Shown: positions 29,380-42,710 of the stretch, one piece after another
Position numbering within the stretch: position 1 is the first letter of the stretch
Layout: the number at the start of each line of letters is the position of its first letter
Made by a program: the position numbers and the translations under genes
The notes under the pieces: generated by a model
Databases searched by the model: none
What the model saw: the letters and a program-made list of their open reading frames with translations, nothing else
What the model was told of the DNA's origin: nothing
Source of the DNA: Syncephalis fuscata S228
Lineage: Eukaryota; Fungi; Zoopagomycota
DNA length: 64,000 nucleotides
Direction of reading: 5' to 3'
NCBI GenBank assembly: GCA_025786725.1
Contig: JAHLTZ010000011.1
Span: 434,001-498,000 of the forward strand

Positions 29380-31803
29380 ATGAGCTCAAGAAATCAAAGT
29401 AGATCGGCTGCTTCAAGTGCTAGTAGCAATGCTAATCGACGTCGATCATCCGCCACTAGTCCTACGGCGGCATCGGCTGCTCGTGCTGCACACTCCACCA
29501 CCTCGCCTACCACTGCTACTACTACTACTACTACTCGGCATGTTCGAAGCAGCAGTAGTAGTAGCAGTAGCAGTACTCGATTAACCTCTTCGACAAGCTC
29601 TGCTACCGCCGCTCGATCCATTAGCCATGGCCCTGGCTCCAGTAGCACTTCAAGCCGAATTACAACTACAACTAGTGGTGTACGACCCACGACCCGTTCA
29701 CCACCTGGATCTAACCGTTTGGACCGTTCAACGTCTGGAAGTACCGTAGAACACACTTATACGGCTAGGCGTCGTCGTTCTAAATCAAATCTATCGGCTG
29801 ATATCAGCGAAGGTGCTGCTACTGCTAACAGTACGTCTAGCAGCAGAAGTAGCAGCAGAAGTAGCAGCAATAGTCCAACAGCCAGCTCACGTGAACGACG
29901 TAGTACAGTGTCCAATGATAACTCAACGTCCAATAGCGTCAAGCCATTATCTCGTCGCTCAAGTACTACGAACAAATTACCCTCACCGCCAACATCTGTA
30001 AAATCTTCCAAGAAAGCTAATTCACCAACTTTAAAGTCAGCAATAAGCTTAAATATTCAAACTCCGTTGGAAACTAAAAATAGCACTAAAGAGATTATCC
30101 AATCAGCACAATTTGATGGAAATAATCAAACAATTGTCACATATGAACAAATAGACGAAGAAGTGGTCAGTGAAAATCAGTTAATAAAGAAAATTAAGAT
30201 CAGCGACAACGTTCAAACATCTTGCTACTATCGCACATTGCCTGATGGTAGTATTGAAGAAATTGAAAAAATCTCTATTATCAATGATATGCCAATAACA
30301 CCCGTCACTAAACAGCAAACACTGGTAACGGTAGTTGACGAGCAAGTACAACTAAACCATCTTTCTCCTGACGAAAAGCGTGATGCTGAGCGCATTTTTC
30401 ATGCAGCAGCCAATGCTCGCCATGGAATGAAGGGAAAGCTAGGCTTATTAGACCCAGCAGCAGAGACCCAGTTTCTTGGCGATATTGACGCTACATCTAC
30501 ATCAAAAAAATCAGTAAAATATAAAAACTCAATAGAAGGCAATGAAACAAAAGGAAAACTAGTATCAACAACAATACAGACTGTTCAAGGAGATTTATTT
30601 GATTCAGAGGATGACGAAGAAGAGCCTTACACGCTGACCATTCATCCACACTGGGACCGGGAGAAAGTTTCGGTAATGGATTTACATGAAGAAAAGTCAT
30701 CATCTCGATTGGACACTATGTCACCGACAAAGTTGATACCATCGGCCATAAATAAAAAGCTATCTGATGATTCAGTATCTGTTGTTCATGAAGAGGATAC
30801 ATCGACGACCTATGCCAATGTTACAGCACGTAGCCGTCCTTCTACCAGCACCACAACATTTATAACCGAGATTAATACTACTGTAGTTGAGTCTGGCCAT
30901 TTGCAAGTGCGCGACCGTGGATTTATTCCAGGTTCTGGTATGATGGCTCGTCTGGCTGCAAAGGGTGCAGCTGATGAGATGGCTGAATTTGTTGAGGACA
31001 CGACGGAAACATATGTTCCAAAGCCCATTACTGATGCTGCTTCTAAGGCGGCCTCAACGGTATCCGGAGTGACAACACAATTGCTAGGCAAGCCTCCAAC
31101 CGAATTTGTTACATCTGTTAAAGAACAGCTAGTAACTTCGCTTAAGCCTGACGACGACGATGATGATGGTATATCGTGGCGATGCCGAGCATGTCGAGAA
31201 GAGCGTGCCAAACATGCTCATTGGCTAGACTGGTTTAAACATCCGCTAATCACGGTGCTGGATCATATTAATCCACAAACAGATGATGTACCTTGTGAAC
31301 AACACCGCACACTAAAGCAGAAACTAAACCACTGGCTGCCGACTTGGCTACAGAAAAGTGGTCACCACGGTCATCGACGTAATGTTCACTCCGGCCATAG
31401 CACACAAACACGAGAAACAAACGGCGCAGAACAACAAAACGAGAGACAGTCGTGGCTGATACCATATACAGCCATATACGCTATAACAACTATTAGAACA
31501 AAGGCAACGGCTACCGTTGTCTACTACGCAAATACCGTACTACCTTTGACCCCGGCTGCCCCCGTTACGTCAAATGACTACGCATCAGCCGAGCATGACA
31601 TCTACGGTCGTCGCTTATCGTCAACGGAGCAAGCACGTCGGTTTCGTTTAACTGAACGTGCGCAACAACGTATTACTGGGCTGCGTGGTAAAGAGCAAGA
31701 CGACGAAATCCAGAAACGCGGAGTGATTGCAAATACTCTAGGTACTGCTGTTGGCATGGTCGTCGGACTAAGTATGGCTGCTATAGATACCGTCTGGCAT
31801 TAG
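29380..31803 (+). CDS. Hypothetical protein (807 aa): Ser/Thr/Arg-rich N-terminus, hydrophobic C-terminal tail
   Basis: Uninterrupted 2.4 kb ORF with ATG and TAG in an AT-rich background; no family recognised. Confidence 0.8.
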   Translation: MSSRNQSRSAASSASSNANRRRSSATSPTAASAARAAHSTTSPTTATTTTTTRHVRSSSSSSSSSTRLTSSTSSATAARSISHGPGSSSTSSRITTTTSGVRPTTRSPPGSNRLDRSTSGSTVEHTYTARRRRSKSNLSADISEGAATANSTSSSRSSSRSSSNSPTASSRERRSTVSNDNSTSNSVKPLSRRSSTTNKLPSPPTSVKSSKKANSPTLKSAISLNIQTPLETKNSTKEIIQSAQFDGNNQTIVTYEQIDEEVVSENQLIKKIKISDNVQTSCYYRTLPDGSIEEIEKISIINDMPITPVTKQQTLVTVVDEQVQLNHLSPDEKRDAERIFHAAANARHGMKGKLGLLDPAAETQFLGDIDATSTSKKSVKYKNSIEGNETKGKLVSTTIQTVQGDLFDSEDDEEEPYTLTIHPHWDREKVSVMDLHEEKSSSRLDTMSPTKLIPSAINKKLSDDSVSVVHEEDTSTTYANVTARSRPSTSTTTFITEINTTVVESGHLQVRDRGFIPGSGMMARLAAKGAADEMAEFVEDTTETYVPKPITDAASKAASTVSGVTTQLLGKPPTEFVTSVKEQLVTSLKPDDDDDDGISWRCRACREERAKHAHWLDWFKHPLITVLDHINPQTDDVPCEQHRTLKQKLNHWLPTWLQKSGHHGHRRNVHSGHSTQTRETNGAEQQNERQSWLIPYTAIYAITTIRTKATATVVYYANTVLPLTPAAPVTSNDYASAEHDIYGRRLSSTEQARRFRLTERAQQRITGLRGKEQDDEIQKRGVIANTLGTAVGMVVGLSMAAIDTVWH

Positions 31804-34447
31804 TTGTTATTTTATTGCGTTAGTTTTCTTTTACAATTCCATATATTTATCATTATTGCTTTCATTCTTTTCGAATAAACTACTGAAACTACATTTATTA
31901 AGTGATTATACATGTCATATTACCACAACATAGGTAATCGCCATTGTATTTTTGTCAGAATTATAGGTTGATATCAAACAATAGGTCATTACTGCGGAGT
32001 TGAAACTGTTTTCAAATGTACAGCCATGTGGTACTTAGCTGTTTGAACATTAAACACAATGGCTTTTGCCGATTACATTATTTGTCATTTTTCAAACAGT
32101 GGAAACAAACAAGAACAATCCTCGAATCCATACATGCCTAAATTTTTTGTTTTACTATGACTTATATTGCCATTGCGTGTCAGGTTTTGATAACCTGCCG
32201 TATTCCATGGAACTTGAGCATCAAACTGCGGACAATAGTAATGACAGATTATTCGAGTAATAATTTACACATATCAATTTATATTATTTACAAAGACAAT
32301 TAAATAAATTATTAATTACATGCATCATGAACCCATAAAGCTGATATTAATGACTTAATATCAATAATTCCGACCATTATATTTACGGTATTATAATTGT
32401 ATTGTACAGACATTTATCATTTAGGAAACAGAAACAAAAGTGATCGCGTGACAATGCACTGCAAATTGATACTAAACTACAAAATTCTCATTAATGCGAC
32501 TAAGTAACACACTCGATAAGCAGTAGTTTTTTGATACACGGTTACATAATCACAATGTCAATTTCTTAAGTTACCATGCCAGACACGTATGTAAGTCGAA
32601 AATTATACGCAACCATTATTGTAGAGCATTTAATTATTTTTATTAAACTCACGTAAAGTATTTATAAATATTTAATAGCTTTATGTGCTGTATAGCTCTA
32701 TATCATTGTCCATATGTTGTTACATTAATATGCTGCCTTGTATTTTATCCTATCATTAAAGTTTTAATTATATATTTTGATACACAAATACAGCTTTCAT
32801 AGCTATTACACGGCATTAGTAGATATACCACGTGTCTAATGTAAACACTGATTAATAAATGGATGTTACAAGAATATACAAACGGTGTTTATGGCAAAAA
32901 TTTAAGCTTTTACTAAATATAATAAGTTATTTAAACAACAAGATAGCTAGCTATTATATTTTAATATATATATTGCTAACAATAAGTATGTTTTGTGTTT
33001 GGCACGGAAATCATATATAAAATGGACTATTAGATTATTTCAAGCTAAAATACATGGGCACAATGATGAAATAACATGAACGTGATAAAAATTCGCATAT
33101 GGCCAACAAGGCTTGTCCAATAAAATGCACACTGCCCTTTTCACAAAAACACAAATTTAGCAGATTGTAATAAAGCTATATTAACATGTAAAAGATGTTG
33201 GCTACTTTTGGCTATTCATTGCGAAAACGAGAAATTGAAATACAAAATGTAAATGGAATGTATCAATTTCTTTGCTGGTACTACTATCCTCATAATGCAC
33301 CATCAAGGGGGAATGCCAAAATAGGCGACTTTCAAGCTGTTTTTTTATATACAACTTGGCCAAGCCAATACTGCTTGAATTCCGTTTATTACATTATAAA
33401 AAGTCATTTGCGTAATAATGAACAATAATAGCATCATCATCTATATAAAGCTAAAGCTACTATTAGTCCTTAATACAGACAGTATCATTATTATCGGTAT
33501 TTAGGGGGGAGGGAGTCATTTAAAAACGATGCTTCACAAAGGCAGCACAGTATTTTTGGTTACAGCACCATCAATGACTGCTACTATGTTGCTATTCTAA
33601 ATCAAACACATGGAAACGATTCTCAACACGAATAAATAAAGGCGATTAGCATTGCACTGCCATGAAGATCCTAACATTGTTCATACTCCCTTTATCGAAG
33701 CCTTAGCCTATTGTGTTTACGTGAATAGCTTAGTGTGTTCTTGTCCGGCATAAGTCATACTTTTCTATAATTCAGTCGCATCAATACTTGTTTTTATCCT
33801 CAAGCTAAATCAAAAACTGCAAACATCTGCATACTGCACTTGTACGCCTAGTTATAGTCGATCCAAAGGTGAGTGGCGGCAGAGGAGTAGGAGGAGGTGT
33901 GGGAAGTTGTAATACAAAAACATTCATCCATTGATGTTGCTATTGTGGTATACTGGTATTTCCACGCGCCCTTTTACCGGTTGGGTTGTTCGTAGGGATG
34001 TGTGTAACTTTGCATGGCTGCATGGCTTCGTGCTCTATGGGCTTAGATGGCCCATTAACTACCCACACCATTGCCAACTGGCTTTAATACCATTATCGCT
34101 TTAATTCTATTTGTTTTTTGTACCTACTTGTAGCAGCTATACTCGGTGGTTTACTTTAACTTTTATTCGCTCACTGACACGCAAACACCTGTACACGCTT
34201 TATTATTCAGCCTATTAACGTTGAACTATTTTGTAGCAACATAACCATCGATACTACATAGTACAGCCTTTTTTGTATATGTTCGTCAGTCAAACGCTGC
34301 CGACCTAACAGCATATCCGCCATCACCTTTCTCGTTTTAAACTAAGCTTCTATTAAACTGCCATCATATGCAGCAACAATACAACACGGGTACGGTGCGT
34401 ACGCCACAGCAGGTATAAAGAACGATACGAAAAATCGATCTAAAGCC

Positions 34448-36860
34448 ATGGCTGATCTATTGACGCCCACTCACAATGCCCATCGTCGTCGTGATCCACA
34501 AAATGAAGGCAGAAGCAACGTTTATTGGATGAAAGCCACAAAAACGCTAAACAACACAAAGCACATTCTTCTAATTCACCCATAAAAGAAATGCCATCTT
34601 GACATCCACAGCCAATAGCTCAGCCATGCCATCATCAGCACCATCGTCGTCTATACATGTAACTCGCCCAATAGAAAATCCATACTTACTACCACAGGTT
34701 GAGGCATTTGGAGATATCAATACATTGGCAGAAGCAGCAAAGCCTTCACGCAAACACCCACCTGAACGACCACCACAACAACGCTTAAAAGATCTGTCGC
34801 CCAAACCATTTGGTTCATCGCATTATTTAATTTCAAATTCACTGAAGTTATATTCTCCTTCACAAACATCAAAGACAAGTCAGATGGCAAAAACAGCTCT
34901 CGCAAATCCTCTGAAAAAAGTATAAAAGCATCTCGTTCAGAAATGTCTATAACTAGTCGTTCACGAGTACGTCGTGCAACCACTCCAACACTTGATACAT
35001 ATCCAGCAGGCCAGTTTGGATTAGGTATGGCGCCAAAAGAATCGTATATGCCAACGATTGATTCTATATTAATCCCCCCTCGTAGCTCTTCATTGGTAAG
35101 TCCGCCTCCAATGAAAAGAGCACCTGGAAGCTTTAGTTCGCAAAAAAGCTGCGCATCAATCACCAGTATATCATCCAATACGTCACTGGTGCGTGTAGCC
35201 GCAGCAGTAGCTGCTATTTCAAAGCGTACGGATAAACAACGACGTCGATCACCTACTGAAGGCGCTGCTACACTAGATATTCATACCTCAACGGCCGCTA
35301 CATCCTCAAAAGGAATAGCACTGGCAGCTGTTCGACGACATCATCAACGCAGCCGATCAGTGACTGCACCAATTCAGATTGTTACCGATTTGAACGGAAA
35401 CCAAACTCAAGACAACTTATCGATTGGACATTTGCTTCCTGAAACAAACAGCATATTGCTTAGCCAGCTAAATCAACATGATATTCCACTTACTTTACCA
35501 GAAATATCACCATTAACACCATTTATAGATGACCGTCGCTTCAGTGAAGGGGATTCACACACATTAGCTGATTTTGTCAAGCTACTTACTCCCGAGTCGG
35601 CTCGTGATAAAAATAGGTATAACATGCCAATATACGTACCATACACAATAATACTAACGCTAATTTAGTATCACTATCAAACAATCCTCGCAAGTGCAAT
35701 CAAGCCCGATGCCTGCTGGCGAGCAACATAATCATGTTATAAAGGAGAGAGGATTACACACAGCAGCAAATATTTCGACAAGTATATACAACAAGCCAAA
35801 GCAATCAGCAGCAAGCCCAGCTCTTAAAGAATGCGACAATAATACTAATAAGAGTATTAAATCGAGTAAAGCCGTTACAGGTGCGCCTTATCCACGGTCT
35901 TTCAATCATCAAACGATCGCCAGCAGCAATACAAATGACGATTATCTTTATGAGTACTCAAATGTACTGCCAGATGCACCAAACTCTACACTTATTTTAG
36001 ATTCTTCGTGCAATGATAATCAGTTTGTTGAACAATGTATATTAAATTTTAATGCAAGTCGATATCAACAGCCATCTACGCCATTTGTGTCACAAGATGT
36101 GTCATTAAATCAAGTTGTCGACCATGATAGAAAACACAATACAACGCCCAGACTGCGCAACAAAGTTACCAATGCTTTTGTCGCCAATAAAATACCTACT
36201 CAGGACGCTCTCGTTTCTATATACGCAGCACCACCACCACTACCATTTAGGAATGAAAGAAGGTGCACGCCACTTAAGCCAGCTTCAGACTCATTCGATT
36301 TATTAGATTCATCTCAAGCCGACATTTCCTATGCGTCGATTGCTGTTGAACCACCAACACCTCGTTTACCGGTACCAATAATAGCAGGATCAACACGGGG
36401 CGCTTCATTGGATCTTGACCGAGTTCTTGAGCCTTTTTGCGATGCTTTATTTGATGCCAATGAGTTTCGTAGAGAGTGCGTATGGATGGGCAAATCCAGT
36501 CGTCAAGCCAAAGAATTTTTATTTCCAAACTTGGCTCGTATTGTCCGTGAAGGTATTGAGCAAGGTCGATTCGGCAACAATGAAAAGGCAGCCCAGAGAA
36601 TGTCTATTCTCGCTGCAGGTCTGGCCCATCCAAATAGGAAACTAATGATAAGTAGAGTAACACCTTGGGAGCTATCGCCTGGTTTGCTACGTGTTAGCAC
36701 ATTACGTCGTGCTCGTTCTGATGAAAGTTTGCGTGCAACAACAGAATTAAAACAATCTACTCAACGCACGAGACGTAACATTGCTCGACCTAATAACACA
36801 GGTAACAGTAGTAGTAGCAGCAGTACATCACACAGACTACATAGAAATAAGCGGTCATAA
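34448..36860 (+). CDS. Hypothetical low-complexity (S/P-rich) protein, probably one gene with an intron (~35617-35669) and indels
   Basis: Consecutive same-strand ORFs 34599-34925, 34943-35668 and 35694-36860 have coding-like composition, with a gtataa...ctaat...ttag intron. The start is uncertain. Confidence 0.6.
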
Positions 36861-38049
36861 GCAATCTATCTACTGTGTTTTTCACCAAGCGTGTTTTATC
36901 GCTATCAAATAATTATATTTAGTGTTTAGCATCTATCAAGCACTAGGGATAACTTTGCAATATCAATTTAATGCATCTAAACTACTTTTATTCATGTTGT
37001 GCAATTATTATAATAAAGTTTAGCATATAGCATAATTTTAATAGTTAATTAATATATTATAAAATACAAAATAATACTTGTAGAAACGCTTATGACAAGC
37101 AAATGTTTACTAATATTAAACTAATACTGTGATTCTTTTGAGTTGGCATTTATCACTTTATCCTATTGAATAGAGCTATTAAAAGAACAAGAAATAAAAA
37201 CGATTGCTGTTTAAAATTTATAAAACAAAATAATGACAGCATATAATAAGCTCTATGATACTGAAATCCATAACAAACTTACCAGCATCTTGGTGGTATC
37301 AGTAATAACAAGTTAGACAATTGAATTAAAATACGTTATCAAAAATAAATACCATAAGATTTTATGACATCCAATACCTGATCGTTTTATAGCATTACTA
37401 GTGACGAGAATCGGCAAGCTGTTACATCATATGGTAATTTATGGTTGATGTAGTGTAAAATATAAACATTACACTATTCATAAAGATTATAACATATGGC
37501 AGAAGTATATCATTTTATAGTAGTAAAAATAGTGAGTATAATGTAAAAGCGAAGTACCTGTTGAGTTCTAGCCTATAGCCAACTGTCCAATATATATATA
37601 TATGTATAAAAATACCAAATATGTAAGACACGGATGTAATTAAATTTAGAGGTAAAATAATGTATTGTACTAATAATTGAATTCAAAAATATTGATTTGA
37701 TTGTCGACAAATGCAATGCATCTTTTATAAAGTCGTGCTATTTTATATATGGTGTACTAATATATTTATCAATGTAACATTGTAACTTTAATAAATGTTT
37801 ATGCCATAATAAATGTATATTGATTTGCTTTTTGCTATTATATATGAATTAAAAATATTTGCTATACTAATAACCGTGTAATTTTCTGTATGAACTGATA
37901 TTATAAGTGCATGAATGACTATGTGTTATGATTGGGTATGAAATACAAAATATGCTACCAAAAAGGAAAGCGCTAATTATGTGGGAAAGGTAGTGAGACA
38001 ACGTTAGTAATTATACGTTTCTAACTTTCACCATCAATTTGTTGTATTT

Positions 38050-38897
38050 ATGCTTTCCACTATGTTAAAGAACGCTACCATTACACTCTACAGCATTGGC
38101 GTGCCTCATTTAGCACGCGCTGGCAACCTGGGAATGATGCTATCAGATGCTAATATTTTATTTAAAGAACAAAACGTAAAACTTGCAGACTGGAGGACGA
38201 CTCGAGAGCAGCTGCAAAAGACGGCGAGTGAGCATGCCGATAACAATTTATCGACAAGTGGAGCGCCCAATCCCTACGGCGCCGCTCCTACACTTGAAAT
38301 CAACGGCCAATGGTATGCGCAAACAGTGCCCATTATGCGCTTATTGGCACGCGAACTTGGTAAGTTCTATTAACAACCAAAACTAAAGCAGCACTTAATT
38401 TATCTATGCAAGGCGAGTACGATGGCAATGATAGCTATGAAAAATATTTAGTCGATGCTGTTGCTGATTTAGCCATTGATTGGCGTACTGATTGGGTCAA
38501 GCAATATTGGAGCAAAGATGTAAATATCATTTATTTTTAAGCAAGCATGAAGATGAACAGATGCTAATGTATTATGTGCATAGAAAGAAATAATTCAACG
38601 ATACAATGAACGGGGACGTCCTCGATTTATTGAGGCCATCCAGGACTACTTACAACGCCGCAATGGCACCTACCTTCTTGGCGAAAGAGTAAGCTATTAT
38701 GCATTGTATTGCCGCGCAGCTAACCATAGTATTAGATAAGCTACGCCGATATTTTACTTTATAGCTTAGTTTACGACGAAACGCCCGAGGTGTGCAAGCT
38801 AAACAACGATTCGCCACTTTACAAGCTTTATAAAGCAGTTGGCGAAAGACCTCGTATTGCTGCTTATGTTAATAATTGGAAGCTCAATAAGCTCTAG
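38050..38897 (+). CDS. Glutathione S-transferase (4 exons)
   Basis: N-terminal NPYGAAPTLEINGQWYAQTVPIMRLLARELG, then after splicing GEYDGNDSYEKYLVDAVADLAIDWR, YLLGERISYADIL and RPRIAAY. Introns are approximately 38360-38412, 38520-38583 and 38689-38735. Confidence 0.9.
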
Positions 38898-39074
38898 GCA
38901 TGGCGTAATAGGCTATGAATAAATAACGGCGTTTTAAATTTCACTATTAGTAATTATTTTCCTTAATGCGTGTGTTAAAAATAGCTTTTTACTCATTGGT
39001 ACATTTTCATACATACAGTAGAATACTTTTAAATTGAATTTTACTTTGCGCCTTCTATTTTAAGTCCCGAAAGC

Positions 39075-39582
39075 AAAATTCGTTCCAATTGAAGTCATGC
39101 CATTATTATGCACAACATAGCTATATTACTCCCTATTAAAATATTGTTAATAAATTAATTTAAATAAACAATGTAACATACCATTTGATTTCATTGAAAC
39201 ATTTAGGTCGATTATTATTGTTGTTGGCCATGTGTAGAAAGATTGATTGAATATTAATAGAAGCATATAATTGCAATTCCATGTCGTTCCGTATTGGTTG
39301 TGTTGCATCTATGTACAGCATGGATTATTGCATTTAAATAGCCTTTTCTATTTTCTAATATTTTATTATTGCATTTTGAGCATATTTATGATGTAAGATC
39401 AGTATTAATATAATTAGTATAAAAGTCGTTTATTAAACAGCCACTTTCCCTATAGTCAATCTGATTAAATAAATGGCATTTTGAACAATTAATATCATAA
39501 TAACAATGTATATATTAAGACAATAATAAAAATAACTAATTAATTACATTATTGTACTGATAATTACACATGAATCAATTAA
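39075..39582 (+). repeat. ~510 bp AT-rich dispersed repeat, copy 2
   Basis: Direct copy of 18779-19288 with a few substitutions and 1-nt indels. Confidence 0.92.
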
Positions 39583-39871
39583 TGTTGGATGCAGTATTAT
39601 ACATGTTATAGTGATGAGGAAATGTTTAATTGTGTCTAAAAGTAAAGGGATAAAATGAGTAAATAAAAAATGAAAGTCAAAGTATGGTAGCTTCCACTTT
39701 AATTAGTTTATAATTTTTAATTTTAATACTAAATTTATTCAATAAACGAAATTACACAAAAAGATCCGCTTAATGTATGAAGTGTATTTATTACTAACAC
39801 GCTTTCATACATTTTCAAGTAGTGAAAAGTTGCACTGATAGAACTTATTACTGATTTGCGGGAATTTACAC

Positions 39872-40330
39872 TTAGTTAACGTAGTGGCGAGTGATGTCTG
39901 TCAGTGGAGCTCTGTGCCGCATTGGGCCAAACGCTTTGCTCTTTAATACTTTCGACTTAGGCTGTTTATCTGACAGACTCAGATTGGAATGAGGATCAAC
40001 AAATACCTTAAGCTCGGGATCGTAGTTTTCTTTGTTGTCGTGATAGTCGTCGCTATCGTATCCTTCATCTTTGCAAGGTAACTGCGCCTTTGGCGAATTA
40101 GGACGACGACGATCGTCAGTTGCAATAGTGGGGGTAGGCAGTGCGCGATGTAGCCGCGTCGGAGCAGAGAGCGCCAGTCGTAGCGCACCCGCCGCCGGTT
40201 TTGGAGTCAGCGTTGGCCGTTTAGTTGGTGGCAATGGACTGTTTTCGTCGTTTTCGTTTTTGCTATCTTGCGCCCGCTTACGCTTCTCGGGCGTCTTCAT
40301 TGCCGACACTTCTTGAGTAGAAGATGGCAT
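39872..40330 (-). CDS. Small disordered protein with KEN box and D-box (candidate APC/C substrate or inhibitor)
   Basis: ATG at 40330 gives 152 aa, though the frame is open further upstream. It contains DNKENYDP (KEN), RAPLTDIT (D-box), CDK-type TPEK/SPK sites and a KRKR NLS-like motif. Confidence 0.65.
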   Translation of the reverse strand: MPSSTQEVSAMKTPEKRKRAQDSKNENDENSPLPPTKRPTLTPKPAAGALRLALSAPTRLHRALPTPTIATDDRRRPNSPKAQLPCKDEGYDSDDYHDNKENYDPELKVFVDPHSNLSLSDKQPKSKVLKSKAFGPMRHRAPLTDITRHYVN

Positions 40331-42710
40331 GGTAGATTGCTTGATAGTATTTTTGATAGTAATTACCTTTGGTGGCAGAATGTTCTTTGCATTGCTGATT
40401 GAAGTGAAGGGCAATCGACTAGTGGTCGGAAGTGATCGGAAGTTGCGTACTACCGGACGTGCTGACGTTGTTACGTGAACAACAACTGTTGGTAACTGTT
40501 TCGCTGCACTGGCTTGTGCAGCAAGCTGAAGAGCACTCGTAGTAAATGCTCGGCTACGAATGGCGCGTCGCGCGTCGGAATAGGCACGACACTTGGGGAT
40601 GCAGATCGTGCAGGTTGGATCACTTGAACCAAAGACATGGTGATTCGTAGATATCACTTGTAAATACCAGCAATAGAATAATCAAAAGGGCGTTAACGTC
40701 ACAATAAACAGAGGCACGAACGAAGGGACAGTATGCTATGGATTAACGAGAGCGGTGCGGACTTGTGCGTGTGTGGACGGGGAAAGAAAAGAATTAGAGA
40801 ACCAAGATTGAAACGTTTTTTTATATCACAGACAGAACGTGGAGACCAGACTAGCAAACAGGTATAAAAGTGGCGAGTAAGTCGGATGGTAACAGTTTCA
40901 GTGCAATTTCAATAATTCCGTAGTAGCTTGATATTTTTTCAAATAAACAACAAGAGGGAGATGAGGATGCGATAAAATGGTAGGAATTTGCACTTGTTAT
41001 ATAGCTTCCACGGAAAGTATGTGATTTGAGTAGCGGCCATGATCGCTTTTCTTACTGGACGGCAGAATATCCTACTGACACATTTGTAACAGTGTTTTTG
41101 TTTTTAACTCGCTGTGTTTCGCACAGATAAGGTTTAAACTATCATTATTTCTTACTGCTGAAAGTACGATTTGCTAATACCATACTATCCCAACTCCGCT
41201 TGGATCGAGCGGATTTGAGCCAGACCGCAGTAATTTTAATATCCAATTCTGTCAGTGGATACTGAGTGTGTACGAATACAGATAGCAAGTGTTTTACGTT
41301 ATTTACGATCAAGTAGTATATCTATATTTCTGTTTAGCCTTATCGGATATTGTTGTATTGTTATAATGACATGAATCTAATTTTCATAATGTAAAATAGT
41401 GAAAAGATAAAAGATCTTGATAAATTATTTGCTACTATACCGAGTATACCGTGTCTTCCTACTAATATTATGTTTGTGTTATTATAAAATAAACTAGTAT
41501 TTATTATGTTGAATATGGGCCAGGTGGTAAAAAATGCTAATGATTTGATAATCAAATTATAACGTGATTTGGGGGGCAAATGACAGCATTGGTAATATTC
41601 GCGTAATTCAACTAAAATTCTTTCTAGCAAACATGGGACGAGTGGTGAATAACATTAAAGTTTAAAATACTCATCATCATAGATCTATTATTCAGTATGC
41701 ATATATTCGGTGTGTATATATCATTCTCATTATATTATATACTATCATATACCATCCTACGATATACTAAATACATTATATTGTTTATGTTCTAATATAC
41801 TTTGTTCATTCCGCGCACTAAGTTATAAACATTATAATTTCAACATTGCTAATTATGCCCTTCATATTGTATATTTAATACAATCTATATCGTTTTATGT
41901 TCCCTTGGTTTGCTCTATTCAAAATCGTTGTTTTTTGTTGCTAACTATGTTAGTTTGTGCACGTTTTGCTATTTATCCATTATATTTTATACTATTTATG
42001 CTTAGTTAGCACAGATTTAAAAGTAATTGCTGTTTGTTTGGTACCAGCTTTACACATAAATTTCTACTTATTTTATCTATTAGACCACACTGTCGGTCAC
42101 ACTTTATTAATAAAAAATTATTACTAGCTATATTATTTGTAAATTTCAAATTGATTCATTTAAACACGCACATTACTATTATACAGCGGTTAATCATATC
42201 GCTAAGATTATGCGATATAAAGCTAATTTTATTGTAACAAAATGACTTGGTTAAAATACATATTTGGTGTACGACTAATTATTTAATAATAAATATATTC
42301 CACTATTAACGGCATATTGCCCAATCAATAATACTTATCGTCTATAATGATAACAATAACGATAACATCTGCATTAACTAAAAAAAATAAAAGCCAATCC
42401 ATCTTAAATGTCGATATATTATAAAACATACAACCTATAATATACTTTAAAAGATAAAAAGGCGTATAAATTGAATAACAATAATTATTATGGCTTTGAA
42501 ATATCATTGTTATTTAAAGTAAAAAGAAACAGACCATTTCAGTTTAATTGGTGTTGCATAAATAACAGTAAATTACCATTAATGTTTATTAAATAATTGA
42601 TAATGAATAACATGTTGAATTTGAAGAAAACGTAGTATTTATTATAATAAATCCATTACAAAACAATCAGAATGCAAAGTGTGGCTGTCGCCTAGAAGTA
42701 CTAGATCAGC

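Noticed and set aside
29394-31465. Antisense ORFs overlapping the 807-aa ORF, and similar shadows over fungalysin, CDC24, PDI1 and BRN1
   Set aside because: These are low-complexity or codon-bias shadows of the real coding strand.
19560-38897. Secondary-metabolite biosynthetic gene cluster
   Set aside because: No backbone enzyme, transporter or cluster regulator is present; only tailoring or detoxification-type enzymes.
41196-41214. Short GC hairpin tccgcttggatcgagcgga (possible Helitron end or terminator)
   Set aside because: There is no downstream CTRR end and no second copy, so it is compatible with chance.
41361-42507. Several 60-99 aa hydrophobic ORFs
   Set aside because: They are I/L/F/Y-rich translations of very AT-rich intergenic DNA, mostly with non-ATG starts and no motifs.
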